In this document: positions 12,601 to 36,806 of the stretch, piece after piece
Numbering within the stretch: position 1 is the stretch's first letter
Layout of the letters: each line of letters begins with the position of its first letter
From: Piromyces finnis finn
Taxonomy: Eukaryota > Fungi > Neocallimastigomycota
Length of the DNA: 36,877 bases
Direction: 5' to 3'
Assembly (NCBI GenBank): GCA_002104945.1
Contig: MCFH01000122.1
Coordinates: 1 to 36,877, forward strand
The notes under the pieces: model-generated
The model's input: only the letters and a program-made list of their open reading frames with translations
Databases searched by the model: none
Told to the model about the DNA's origin: nothing
Program-made: the position numbers and the translations under genes

Positions 12601-15425
12601 GATCATTATATCTTTTCTTACATCCATTTGGATAAAGTTTTAATTTCCTTTTTTTAGATATTTATTGTATAAAAATTAATATATAAAATTTTAGAGGTAA
12701 AGATTTAATTTTTTTTTAATTGAACTTTATCTTACCATGAAAAATTGTCTTTACTATTATTAAAGGATGGACTTAGCAAAACATTATCATTTTTTAAATT
12801 ACTCCAATTATCAATGTACCATTCGAAAAATTTTTCCTCTTTAATATCATCTTTATTATAATTATCTTTATAAATTATATCTTTTATTTCTTGAATAAAT
12901 TGATCTTTTGATTTATTAAATATGATATAATATTATAATAATAAAAAAAAGGTTATTATTTATATTAATTTTTCTTTTTTAATACTATTATTAACAATTT
13001 TTTTTCATTATTGGTATCATTTTAATTCAAAAATTTAATGACCATTACAATCAATAATTTAAAATTTTAGTTACCTTTTCTAAATCTGAAAATAGAAATG
13101 TATGCACCAATAACCAATTTATTGTTTTCAACAAATGTTGTATTGTTAATTTTATTCTTAACATATAAATCCGAAACCTTTATAAATTCATTACTACCAT
13201 GCTCTTCATAACATTCCCTAAAGCAACATGAACTTTCAGACTCTTTTTTTTTATTTATTTATTTATTCAATAATAAAATATTAAAAAAAATAAAAAGGAA
13301 TAAAATTGATATATTAATATATTATAAAATGGAGAAATTTTAAAATTCTTTATATATAATAATTGTATTCCTTTCAATATATATTTTCTTACCATAGGAA
13401 TGACAACAAGAGTAATTCTTATAATTACGAATATATAAAGAGTAATTAGCAGATATATGAAGTAATGAATTACTTTTAACATCTTTACTATGTAAATATA
13501 AGGAAAGATATTCTTTGCTTTTAGAATTTCCATTTGGATATAAAAATATTCTCCTATTATAATATATTATAAAAAAGTTTATGCTATATTATTACCAATA
13601 TTATTATTATATATATTTATAACTTTTAATTATTACCAGTTATAACCACCAATTTCGAATTCTGGACTATAAACAACCTTTTTATTGTCTTTAAATTTTT
13701 TCCAATTATCAATAGTCCATTCATAGTAATTTTCTTCAATGACTTCATCCTTTACGGTTTTCTTTTTTTCTAATGATTCTTTAATATCATTGATAATACA
13801 ATCAACTAATATAGTAGATAATTGAATTATATTTAATTATATAATATTTTTATTAAAAATATTAATTAAATGCATATATATAAACTTTTTTTTCCAATAT
13901 TTAATATATTACATTACCTTCATTATATTCATAGACATTTACATATGCACCAACAACAACTTTATTATTAGTTATTAATGTTCTTTTACAATCATAACCT
14001 CCATATAATTGATTTTTTAATATAAATTCTTTTACACCACTAGTATTTTTATTTGAACTGAAAGTTGAAGAAAATTCTATTATTAAAAAATAATTTATGA
14101 AAAAATTTAAGTTTTCAAATTAATTATTTTTTTTTAAAAAAAAAAAAAGGTAATTTATGAATTTATTATTATTTTAAACATAGAGTATACCTTTGACATG
14201 ACAAGTATCATAATCATCATAGTTAGCCATAAACAAGACACATTTAACAAAAATATGAGTTTTAATGCTACCAACATCTAGATTTTTCAAATAAAGTGAG
14301 ATATGATCATTGGAATCATCAACGCCATTTGGATACATTTTGATTTTCCTTTTTTTAAAAAATATTTATGCAAAATAATTATTTTTCAACGATAATTAAT
14401 TTTTTGTATTTATATTTTTTTATTATTTTGACAATATTATATTTATAAAATTTAAATAGTACCAATTATAGCCACACACATTGAACTTCACACTATATTC
14501 AGCTTCACAATTATATTTAATTTTATCCCAATTTTCAATTCTCCATTCGTAATAGTTATTTCCAATTAATTTGTAATTGTTACTAACATTACGAGATATA
14601 TTACTTAATTTTTTTTCAATAAAATTATCTAAAATATATTATATTATTATTATAATTCTTTTTTTTTTTTTTAATTTATCTTTTAATAAATATTAAAATG
14701 ATACCTTTTTTTTCTTTTAAAATATTAACATAAACAAACATATAAACTGAAATAACTATAAAATCATTTTTTAATGTTGTTTTAAAACCATTTTTGTAAT
14801 TTTCTTTACTAAAAACAGAATATTGGTCTTGAGACCTATTAATCATTTCTTTAAATAAAATATATTATTATTATTGTTGTTGTTGTTTTTATTTTTTATC
14901 ATTATTTTACCTTTAGAAATATGACTTTCATAACTATTCTTATCGCGAATAGATACTGAACATTTATAATTAATAGTTCCTTGATCTTTATCCTTTTTTC
15001 TTAAAGTAATTTCAATTGAATTTAAAGAATTACTTAATTTAGAGAAATGTTTATTTAATTTAATGTCCCTGTTATGTAAATGTATATATATTAAATAAAT
15101 AATTTATTATTAAATTATACTATTTTAAAAAGTCTTAATTATATATTCATTGTAGCAATACCAATAGTATCCACAAAGTTTAAATTCCGGGCTATATTCT
15201 TCTTTTTTTAAACTTCTCCAATTATCAACTTCCCATTCATAATAGCCTTCTTTAATGTTATCAAAGTTTTTAGGAACATCATTACTTATTAAATTCTTCA
15301 ATTTATCAATATATTGTTCTATAAATAAATTTTTAATTATTTTGATATAAAGAAAATGTGTAATTATATTTAATGTTTATTAATGTAATGAATATTATGA
15401 ATATAAATTTTATAAATTACTGATA

Positions 15426-15458
<33 letters not shown>

Positions 15459-15500
15459 ATCTGAAATGTAAAAAAAAAAAAAATTACTTTTTAATTCCAT
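9652..15500 (-). CDS. Multi-exon (about 19 exons) protein: 5 x MATH/TRAF-like domain, linker, SH3, Pro/Gln/Tyr-rich tail
   Basis: Exons were joined manually through GT-AG introns with consistent phase, e.g. 15500-15488, 15318-15162, 15068-14911, 14848-14705, 14628-14463. MATH motifs are repeated five times (YYEWEVDNW..EYSPEF; WKIKMYPNG..DHISLYL; ENNKLVIGAY). The SH3 exon is about 10958-10710 (AIGDYKAKESYEVDIKIGDKIVV..LFPKEYV). The last exon, about 10590-9652, is Pro-rich. The 13-nt first exon (start at 15500) is tentative. Confidence 0.75.
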
Positions 15501-16320
15501 TTTCTAAAGTGAAATTGTTTATTATATATATCAATAATAATTGAATTTAGAACGATGTTTTTGTTCAAATAACTTTAAAAGAAAGGATTTCCTTAATTAC
15601 TAGTATCGATAATTATTATTATTTCTTTTTTTATTATTATTTATTATATGCTTATGAATATTCACTCTATTTTTATAACTACTTCTCTTTCTTATAAAAT
15701 GATATTTTTTCAGGTAAATAAAAAAAAAAGGAAAACACTTTTTCATCTAAATTTCATTAATTTAAAAATTAAATTTATTGGTCCGTTCCATCAATTAATA
15801 ATTTTATTTAATAAAAAAATTTAATATTTTAAAATCTAAACAATTTTGAACTTTTTTTAATAAAAAAAAAAAAATTATAAAACATTATGAAATAACCTTT
15901 TTTTTATTATTATTATTATTATTATTAAACTTATTCAAACAACATTTATTGAATACTTAATATAATATCACTTTAATGTTTTTTTTTTCATAATAGTAGA
16001 AATAATATTTTAAACAAATTTGGTTTAAATGAAATTAATATTCAATCACCATAAAAAAAATATTTACTTTTCCACATTTATATTAAATTAAAATTAACAC
16101 AATTGGTAACATTCCTCATTAAAAATTAATCCAAGAAATGGACTTTGTATAAAAATAAAAATAAAAATAAATTAGTAGTATTTAAATATCCAAATGAAAT
16201 TAGTTAACCCTTTTTTTTTTTTTTTTTGCTAAAAAAAAAAAAAGAACATTTGTTAAACTTTAAATTATAAATTTTTAATATTTATTATAATAATTAACAA
16301 CTCAATTGTCACAACTATTT

Positions 16321-16490
16321 ATTTTACTTTATTTTATTTTATTTTATTTTATTTTATTTTATTTTATTTTATTTTATTTTATTTTATTTTATTTTATTTT
16401 ATTTTATTTTATTTTATTTTATTTTATTTTATTTTATTTTATTTTATTTTATTTTATTTTATTTTATTTTATTTTATTTTATTTTATTTT
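16321..16490. repeat. (ATTTT)n pentanucleotide array, about 34 units
   Basis: Near-perfect array with one ACTTT variant, in the divergent intergenic region. It produces the spurious FILFY ORF. Confidence 0.95.
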
Positions 16491-16701
16491 TCTTCAGTTT
16501 TTTAAATAGATTTTTCTTTTAAAAAATATATATAAATATTTATTTCTAACTACTATAGAAATTATTATTTTTTAATATTATATTAATTATTATTAGTAAT
16601 ATTATAAAATTATATTTTTACATCATCTTTTATGAATAATAAGTACTATTTTATAATGAAAAAAGTCATCTTTTTACTCACACATTTTAATCATATTTTT
16701 A

Positions 16702-16735
<34 letters not shown>

Positions 16736-17473
16736 TTTATTTATAATTAAATTTTTATAAACTTATTTACGAAGTTAACATTTTATTTTATTGGTAAATC
16801 GTTAAACTTAAATAACTCTATTAATCTTTATTTTTTTTAATATGTATATACTTTATATGAAACCAACATATTACAAAAAAATACAATATGGAAAAGGGGA
16901 AAAAAATATAAAAATATTATTAATGAATTATTTTATAATTGTCAAGGAAATTATCAATTTTTATTTTATGGATTAATAATTATTAATTTTTGAAAATAAA
17001 ATCTGTTTTAATACATTATATTTTTTTTAATTCATCATAGTTCTTCATGAAAAAATAATATCAAAGAGAATATATCTATTATTTTAGAAATAATACCTAA
17101 AATATTTTAGAATATAAAAATAATCTTTTTTATATTTTATAATAATACTTTTAAAATCTAAAGTTTAAATCAGTTTAAGTTGTAATCAATTATTTTATAA
17201 CTTATAATTTAAATTATTTCCGTCCGGAAGAATTTCTTTTTAAAAGTATTGAATTTATGTTTTTGTAAAATTTATTCAATATTTGTAAAAGGTAAAAGAA
17301 TATATAATATACATTAGTTTTTTTTAAAATATTATTATTTTTCTTCATCAATAAAAAATACAGATATTATTTATAATGAGAAGGTTAGTATTATAATTAT
17401 TATTTGAATTATTTATATAATATATTATATTTTTTATAATTTATTATATATCAAAATAATTAATATAATTAAT

Positions 17474-23995
<6,522 letters not shown>

Positions 23996-24028
23996 AATAC
24001 ATATTTTTTCTTTTTACTATTAGTAAAT

Positions 24029-24288
24029 ATTAAATATTTTAAAATACTTAATTATTGTTTTAATTAAAATCATAATTGTATTTAAAAATAAATTTAAAAT
24101 AATAAAAAATTTAAAATTATTATACTTGAGGGTTATAATTGTACTTAATTTCTAATGGAACTCAGCTTCAATGATCAAATCCTTTCATAGAACAAAATTA
24201 TGATCTGTGTTGGTTACTCTGGCTTACCTTACTGTTATACTATTTTTTTCAGCATTGATGCTCTTGATTATTGTTTTAAACCTTTTCT
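24029..24288 (-). mobile_element. Decayed, 5'-truncated 3' end of the same LINE family (3' UTR plus last codons of the RT ORF)
   Basis: 24135-24288 aligns by eye to 31449-31601 (tcatagaacaaaattatgatct vs tcatggaacaaaattatgatct; ttcagcattgatgctcttg vs ttcagcattgacgctcttg; aaaccttt). 24032-24075 resembles the terminal aaatattttaaa...ttaattaaaat. Confidence 0.8.
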
Positions 24289-24362
24289 AAAAGATAAAGA
24301 TTTAATTGTTATACTAACAGGACACTTGAGAATTAAATTCTAGTTCTTATTCAAAAAAAAAA

Positions 24363-24545
24363 TTTTTTTAACAACAGCAAACATTTTAAAAGCTTAATTA
24401 TTATTTTAATTAAAATTATAATACATAATGTATTTAAATATAGATTTATAAAAATGTGTTTTAGTAATTTTAATGTAATTTTAAATTAAACAATAAAGGA
24501 CGTTATTATACTTGAGTATAACAAATGTTTCAAATAGAACTCGGA
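24363..24545 (-). mobile_element. Second decayed LINE 3' terminus (short T-run plus 3' UTR remnant)
   Basis: tttttttaacaacagcaaacattttaaaagcttaattattattttaattaaaattataatacat resembles ttttaacggcatcaaatattttaaactttattattaatttaattaaaattataatacat (31255-31313). It shares attatacttgag with relic 1. Confidence 0.65.
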
Positions 24546-25040
24546 TAAAAAAAACTAAAATTAATCTTAAAATGAAAAATGTCCAAGATCTTATTAATTC
24601 TTTAAATATTAATAATTATAAAAAATAAGCTTAATTGTAAAAATATTTTGGTAATTATTAAACTTTAATATTAAAAATCTTGTTTATTATTATTATTATA
24701 ATTTATCTACTATTTATATATATTTTTATATGAAAAAAAATATGAAAGTGATATTATTGAGTTAATTTTATAGTGGCTAAAATAAAGCTATTTAAAATAA
24801 AAAAAAAATTATATTTTTACGAAACTTATATTTAAAACATATTATATATCATTTATTAATTTTTATTATATTATTTAGTATTTTTTTTTTTTTTTTAATT
24901 ATTATTTTTCTTCATCAATAAAAAATACAGATATTATTTATAATGAAAAGGTTAGTATTATAATTATTATTTGAATTATTTATATAATATATTATATTTT
25001 TTATAATTTATTATATATCAAAATAATTAATATAATTAAT

Positions 25041-31192
<6,152 letters not shown>

Positions 31193-31214
31193 AACTCTTT
31201 CTTTTGTTATAAAT

Positions 31215-31261
<47 letters not shown>

Positions 31262-31280
31262 GGCATCAAATATTTTAAAC

Positions 31281-31286
31281 TTTATT
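31281..31286 (-). terminator. AATAAA polyadenylation signal of the LINE
   Basis: TTTATT on the plus strand, 22 nt from the poly(A) tail; also present in the copy at the window end. Confidence 0.55.
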
Positions 31287-31499
31287 ATTAATTTAATTAA
31301 AATTATAATACATGTAATAAAAAAAATTAAAAATAAAAATAAAAATAAAAAAAATATGTTTAAATAAACACAAATGAATAAAAATTGGGTATAATGTATT
31401 CTAGTAATTTTAATTAAAGTAAGAAAGCCACTATCATACTAAAGTATAATAATTGTATTTGACTTCCAATGGGACACCGAGCCAAAGATCGAAATTTTA

Positions 31500-34406
31500 T
31501 CATGGAACAAAATTATGATCTCCATTGGTTGCGCTGGCCCTCCTGGCCTGTCTTACTGTTTCTTCAGCATTGACGCTCTTGGATGTTGCTTCAAACCTTT
31601 TGAACATTGACCATTGCTGGCCAATAGCAAAAGGCATGATTTTGGTTAGAAGTTCCGCGGTTACCGTCAAGAATGGTGTTCCTTCATTAGTACCAGATTG
31701 AATCTGACGCTTACAAAGTTCTTTCCATTCCCTTGAATTGTAATTGATATTGTTAAAACTTCTTCCCCCAAGAAGGAATTTAAATATTTTACTGCACACA
31801 CTAGAATAATCATACACATTAATATTCACCGGATTATTAGAACTATTACTATCATTAATTAAATTACTATCTAAATTAGAATTATTATCTTCACTATTGC
31901 TATCATTACTAGTATTATTATTTCTATAACTACTATTGTTATTATTACTATTTCTATTACTACTATTGTTATTATTACTATTTCTATTACTACTATTGTT
32001 ATTATTACTATTGTTACTATTACTATTGTTATTACTACTATTGTTACTATTACTATTAATGTTATTGCTATCTCTACTGATATTAATATTTTCATTATTA
32101 TTGATAGGACTATTGGAATTACGTTGACTGAAAAAATTTAGTAGCTGGACTATGGAAACATAATATTTAATACGGATATCTCTAAATGTTGGACAATCTA
32201 ATAACCAATGTTTAATACTTTGATCTCCACACTTGCAACATGGACAGTAGTTAGGACAAACTGGATCAACAAATTTGGCAGCTTTGGCAACTCTAGCATC
32301 CAACTTGTATTCGCTTCTTGCTTTCAATAGCCAGTAGAAGCCATAGGCAAACTCTGGGTATTCATAACATAATTTAATAAAATCTTTAGTTTCACTAAAT
32401 TTATTATCATCATAATATTGCGCTTTGATTGAATTCCCTTTGAGATCTTTCCAATAAAAGTTTTTAACTGCTTTAACATCTCCATGTTTCTTTAGTTTTT
32501 TATCAAGTGTCCTACTTGATTTGCACCACGTGTATTTTCTAAATTTAGGAATGTAATTGACAAGGTGTGAGATAATACAATTCGAGTTTTTCCATTTGTT
32601 AAAACATCTAACCTGAGCTAACGCACATTTGGCTGACAATGGAGGAATATTCAAATCTTTTGAAATAGAGTATAAAGATATAAACGATACAGCTTTATGA
32701 ACTCCGGTAATCCATCGTATTCCTTTGTTAACATGCTTCTGAGTAATCCTAGACCTAGCTTTGTTGGATCCAAGTAATGGTGCAAAGTATGAAACTCTGC
32801 TAATCACTTGTGAGTTAAGTACTAGTTTTTTGAAAGGAATAGGAATATTAGGATTTCTTAAGAATTTACTGACTGAGAAAAGCCCTTTCAAAACCTTGTT
32901 ATTAAGAGCTTTAATTACTGGTTTAAGGGACAAATTCTTATCAAATGGAACACCAAGATAAGTATAGCAATCAGTAGTTGGAATGGGTTGTCCTGCTAAG
33001 TAAAATGTTGGATCTCTCTTGTTCTGATTTTCTATTGATTCAGGACGAATCACCATCGTTGAACATTTCTGGATACCAAATTCCATTTCATTATACAAGG
33101 CCCATTCATTAACTCTTCTAAGCATCTTTTTTAAGTATCCTCTTGTTGGAGCACAAATAACTATATCATCTGCAAAAAGTCCACCACAGCATCGAGTGTC
33201 ACCTAAACTGACTCCGAGATCTTCACACTCTTTAAATATATCATTAATAAAGAGATTAAAGAGAATAGGAGAAAGAGGGCAACCTTGACGGACTCCTTTC
33301 TTCACATCAAAAGATTTCGAGAATTGTCCATCTAATTTGACATTAGCCTTAGATGTTAAATATAAATTTTTGATAATTTGTAAACTCTTACCTCGGATTC
33401 CTAAACAATCTAATTTATGGAGAATATTACCGATTGGGACTGAATCGTATGCTTTCCTGAGATCTAAAAAGGCCAAATATGTCTCTTTATTATCTAATTG
33501 ACGTCTACGGCATATTTCTTGGATTGAAATGAAAAGACTGATACTTTCTTCCTTTTTTCGAAAACCAAATTGTTCAGGTCTAATGAAATTATTCTTTAGA
33601 CCATATTCTGAAATTCTAGTGGTGACAATTTTGGAAATCAACTTAATACCATTATTGATAAGTGATATACCTCGATAGTTATCACAATCTGTTAAATCTC
33701 CCTTCTTAGGAATGGAAACAATACTGGATTCATTCCATGAGTTGGGGAAATCCCCATCCCAAGTACGGTTGAATAATTTAAGAATAAAATTTAAACCATA
33801 AGCATCATTATCTGAAGTGGTATTACCGGAAGAATTATTACCTGTAGCATTATTAGAATCATTACTTGATGGAATTAATGCTTTGTAAAATTCAATTGGA
33901 ATACCATCCGGACCTGATGCTTTATAATTTGGAGTAGAGAGGATAGCTGACTTGACTTCATCAATACTAATATCTTGGTTGATATCCCATTCATCAAGCA
34001 TAGGAAGTGAAAAACGTTTATTCGTTGGTTCTTCATACCGATGCTCCAAATCAAGACTTACACCACTTGGATCTGATGCAAGGTTTTCGAAATGATCATG
34101 CCACACTTCAAGTTGTTCTTCCGTAGCAACAACTAATTCTCCATTTTTATTTTTAATTGGTTGAGCAATAAAGAAAGAATCTTTTCCAATTTTTGCAGTT
34201 TTCTTGATCCATTTCCAGGCCTTCTTAGGATTATGACTCTTCATATACTCACATCCTGTTTTAATCCAATGAAGATATTCTTGCTTCCTAAATTCATTAC
34301 ATCTTTTGTGGATGTAATCAATGAGCTTACGGTAGATTTTAATTCTTTTAATAAATTCATCTATATCATAAATTCTTTCTTTTTTAAATCTCTTATACAA
34401 CTTCAT
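31500..34406 (-). CDS. LINE reverse transcriptase portion with C-terminal CCHC zinc knuckle and Asn/Ser-rich insert
   Basis: Motifs: KASGPDGIPIEFYK, IPKKGDLTDCDNYRGISL, EQFGFR, FLDLRKAYDSV, GVRQGCPLSPILFNLFIND, LFADD, YTYLG, CPCCKCGDQSIKHWLLDC, FLLGG. Confidence 0.95.
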   Translation of the reverse strand: MKLYKRFKKERIYDIDEFIKRIKIYRKLIDYIHKRCNEFRKQEYLHWIKTGCEYMKSHNPKKAWKWIKKTAKIGKDSFFIAQPIKNKNGELVVATEEQLEVWHDHFENLASDPSGVSLDLEHRYEEPTNKRFSLPMLDEWDINQDISIDEVKSAILSTPNYKASGPDGIPIEFYKALIPSSNDSNNATGNNSSGNTTSDNDAYGLNFILKLFNRTWDGDFPNSWNESSIVSIPKKGDLTDCDNYRGISLINNGIKLISKIVTTRISEYGLKNNFIRPEQFGFRKKEESISLFISIQEICRRRQLDNKETYLAFLDLRKAYDSVPIGNILHKLDCLGIRGKSLQIIKNLYLTSKANVKLDGQFSKSFDVKKGVRQGCPLSPILFNLFINDIFKECEDLGVSLGDTRCCGGLFADDIVICAPTRGYLKKMLRRVNEWALYNEMEFGIQKCSTMVIRPESIENQNKRDPTFYLAGQPIPTTDCYTYLGVPFDKNLSLKPVIKALNNKVLKGLFSVSKFLRNPNIPIPFKKLVLNSQVISRVSYFAPLLGSNKARSRITQKHVNKGIRWITGVHKAVSFISLYSISKDLNIPPLSAKCALAQVRCFNKWKNSNCIISHLVNYIPKFRKYTWCKSSRTLDKKLKKHGDVKAVKNFYWKDLKGNSIKAQYYDDNKFSETKDFIKLCYEYPEFAYGFYWLLKARSEYKLDARVAKAAKFVDPVCPNYCPCCKCGDQSIKHWLLDCPTFRDIRIKYYVSIVQLLNFFSQRNSNSPINNNENINISRDSNNINSNSNNSSNNNSNSNNSNNNNSSNRNSNNNNSSNRNSNNNNSSYRNNNTSNDSNSEDNNSNLDSNLINDSNSSNNPVNINVYDYSSVCSKIFKFLLGGRSFNNINYNSREWKELCKRQIQSGTNEGTPFLTVTAELLTKIMPFAIGQQWSMFKRFEATSKSVNAEETVRQARRASATNGDHNFVP

Positions 34407-34469
34407 TTTGATTTTTTGGAGATTAAAAATTTGTTGTGAAATATGAAATGAAGACTTTATAACATTATT

Positions 34470-36074
34470 TTATGAGGTAATACTGAGCTCGTCTGCAATT
34501 GAAAAAGCAGTTGAAGTAAACTCTTTGGAAAGTTCATCTGTAGAAACATTAGGATCGTTGAATTTTGCTGAAAGTATTTGGAATTTATTATGACTGAGAA
34601 TAGATTCCTTTTCCTCAATACATTTTAATCTATTCCATTTCAGAATTTTCTCAGGAACATTAAAGTCATTAGAAAAATCTTCCATAGGAATAATTTTACC
34701 ATTAATAAGAAGTGGCTTATGGTCTGATATTGGATAATAATTATTTATAAATGATCCTGAGTGAATAAGATCTTTCATCTTCGAATTGATAAGAGCATGG
34801 TCAATGTCGGAAGATTGATCACCTCGAGTCCAAGAGATAGTAGACCCTCTAAGCGGAAGAATTTCCCAATCTCCTAATCCATTAGTTGATAACCAGTTGG
34901 ATAATTTTACTTTAGACATATTAAAATCACCAACAAGAATCGATGGATGGGATGAATGAGTTTGTAACCACAAGCGAACTTCTAACTTTGCATGATCAAC
35001 ATAGATGTTGTGATGACTATGAGGCATATAAACATTTCCAATCGAGCATTTGAATCTATTCCAGAGACTAAAAGTATAAATAGAAATAATATACTTTCCA
35101 GAGAAGTTTTCAAGTGAGGCTTGACACGAATTGTGAAAACCTAAATATAAACCTCTCATTCCAGGAACTGATTCGTCGGCTTTCTTGAAAAAATGTCTAT
35201 AGTTTCGCAAAGTAACACGACAAGGATAATCTGTATTCGAACCAGAACCATTACCAGTTTCTTGGAAACATAAAAATAATGGTTTGAAAATAGCTGTGAA
35301 ATAGCTAATACTATCTCTCTTTTCGTGATTCCACCCATTGGTGTTCCAACTAAGACAAAAAGAAAAGTTATCAGGCTTGTTGGATGAGGAAGAATCGTTG
35401 CTATTATTACTATTATTAAAGTCATCATTATTAATGGATGATGCATCAGAGGAATAAGTAGAACTATTACTAGATGGCTGTGAAACTGAAGAACTATCAA
35501 CTATTGAACTGTTATCAGAGTTGATAGAGCTATTAGAATTAATTGTTGAATGTTGAGATTGAAATTGTGTTTGCTGTAGATCTGGAATATTTTCATGATG
35601 GGAAACTTGTTGAAGATCCTGTTGAAGATCTTGTTGAAGATCGGATTGTTGATGAGATTGTTGAACTGATTGTTGAAGTGATTGTTGAATTGAAAGTTGA
35701 TGTTTATTAGAAACTAAAATTTTACGTTTGAGTGTGGAAAAAGTGTATTTGTGATTCCTTCTACTACGAGCTGAAAAGGAAATTGAGGTAACTGAAAGTT
35801 TCTTCTTTAACATGTGTAAGATTTTAATACAATCTTTCGATGAACCATGAACCTTGACTAAGAAAAAGTGATCATTGAAAGTCTGAAAATATTTAACACT
35901 AATAACTGAATTAAATTTATCTTCTAGAATAACCTCGAGTTTTTCCCATAGCATATTTACTGACCGTGATCGAATACCACGGATAAAGAAGGAGCGAATA
36001 TCATCTAAGGGGATACCATAAGACCGGGTACCACGTCTGATATAATTCTTATCTTTAATATAAAGGACTGACAT
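34470..36074 (-). CDS. LINE N-terminal domain plus apurinic-endonuclease-like (APE/EEP) domain; in frame with the RT ORF across a single TAA
   Basis: APE motifs: SWNTNG, LCFQET, NVYMP, LVGDFN, SWTRG..SDIDHALI, SDHKPL. Confidence 0.9.
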   Translation of the reverse strand: MSVLYIKDKNYIRRGTRSYGIPLDDIRSFFIRGIRSRSVNMLWEKLEVILEDKFNSVISVKYFQTFNDHFFLVKVHGSSKDCIKILHMLKKKLSVTSISFSARSRRNHKYTFSTLKRKILVSNKHQLSIQQSLQQSVQQSHQQSDLQQDLQQDLQQVSHHENIPDLQQTQFQSQHSTINSNSSINSDNSSIVDSSSVSQPSSNSSTYSSDASSINNDDFNNSNNSNDSSSSNKPDNFSFCLSWNTNGWNHEKRDSISYFTAIFKPLFLCFQETGNGSGSNTDYPCRVTLRNYRHFFKKADESVPGMRGLYLGFHNSCQASLENFSGKYIISIYTFSLWNRFKCSIGNVYMPHSHHNIYVDHAKLEVRLWLQTHSSHPSILVGDFNMSKVKLSNWLSTNGLGDWEILPLRGSTISWTRGDQSSDIDHALINSKMKDLIHSGSFINNYYPISDHKPLLINGKIIPMEDFSNDFNVPEKILKWNRLKCIEEKESILSHNKFQILSAKFNDPNVSTDELSKEFTSTAFSIADELSITS

Positions 36075-36478
36075 GATAATAAATTCTAATTAAAAATATT
36101 GAATATAAAATAAATACTAATAAAAATTATAAATATAACGTATATGGAAAAAAATCTGTCTCTCTCTCTCTTCTTAAAAGTACTGGATAGTACAAAAATT
36201 GTTACGATGCTTTGTTTAAAGTTTCTTTTTTTTTTTTGAATTCTAGTTGTTAACTTTTTTTAAAAATTCTGGTTTTGGTTTGTTGTTAGTAAATTCGATT
36301 CGCTTTTTGACACTAAACTTGTTTGACTTTACTTATCATTAAATATTTAAATTTGTAAAAATTTGAATCAATAATGTCGACACCAGAAAGCTTGTGAATA
36401 GTATTTTTACATGATGTAGAGTGAATCAGTCTCTTACAAGAAACAATACAACAATAGCTACATAAATATAAAAATACA

Positions 36479-36778
36479 ATGCAAATGCTAAAGTTGACTA
36501 CATTGGATTCTTACAAGAGAAGAGTAGTACTACAAGAATACATGAATAAAAGAAAAAATACAGCAACAAAATGTATTACTCTTCTAATTAAATACTATAC
36601 AAACTTACCTGAATATCAAACATTCAACTTATTCATCAAATACTTAAATTCGATGGATAAATGTTTTTTAATCGCTCAGTACCATGAGCTTAGTCCTAAT
36701 AATTTTCCCTTAAATACTAACCAAGCATCCATTGCGCAATACTTGGATTTAATTCTTCCTACTCTCTCAGTACCATAA
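36479..36778 (+). other. 99-codon ORF of unknown nature, antisense to the LINE, in its putative 5' region
   Basis: From the ORF track. The region is GC-richer than intergenic DNA, but no motif was recognised. Confidence 0.2.
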
Positions 36779-36806
36779 GCATGAGTAGACCCCCTTGAGA
36801 AACTAC

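Noticed and set aside
13267-13533. 88-aa minus ORF
   Set aside because: Out-of-frame reading across a true MATH exon and its intron.
15421-15460. Possible extra Asn-rich micro-exon of the MATH gene
   Set aside because: Its 40 nt break the phase, and it would need a 27-nt intron.
16306-16509. FILFY-repeat ORF, poly-Ile ORF (18268-18510) and poly-NS ORF (21472-22032)
   Set aside because: Translations of microsatellites in intergenic or intronic DNA; only the tail of the last overlaps a real exon.
36127-36135. ttataaata as a target-site duplication matching 31207-31215
   Set aside because: Only 9 AT-only bases, and it does not extend to the T-run; expected by chance here.
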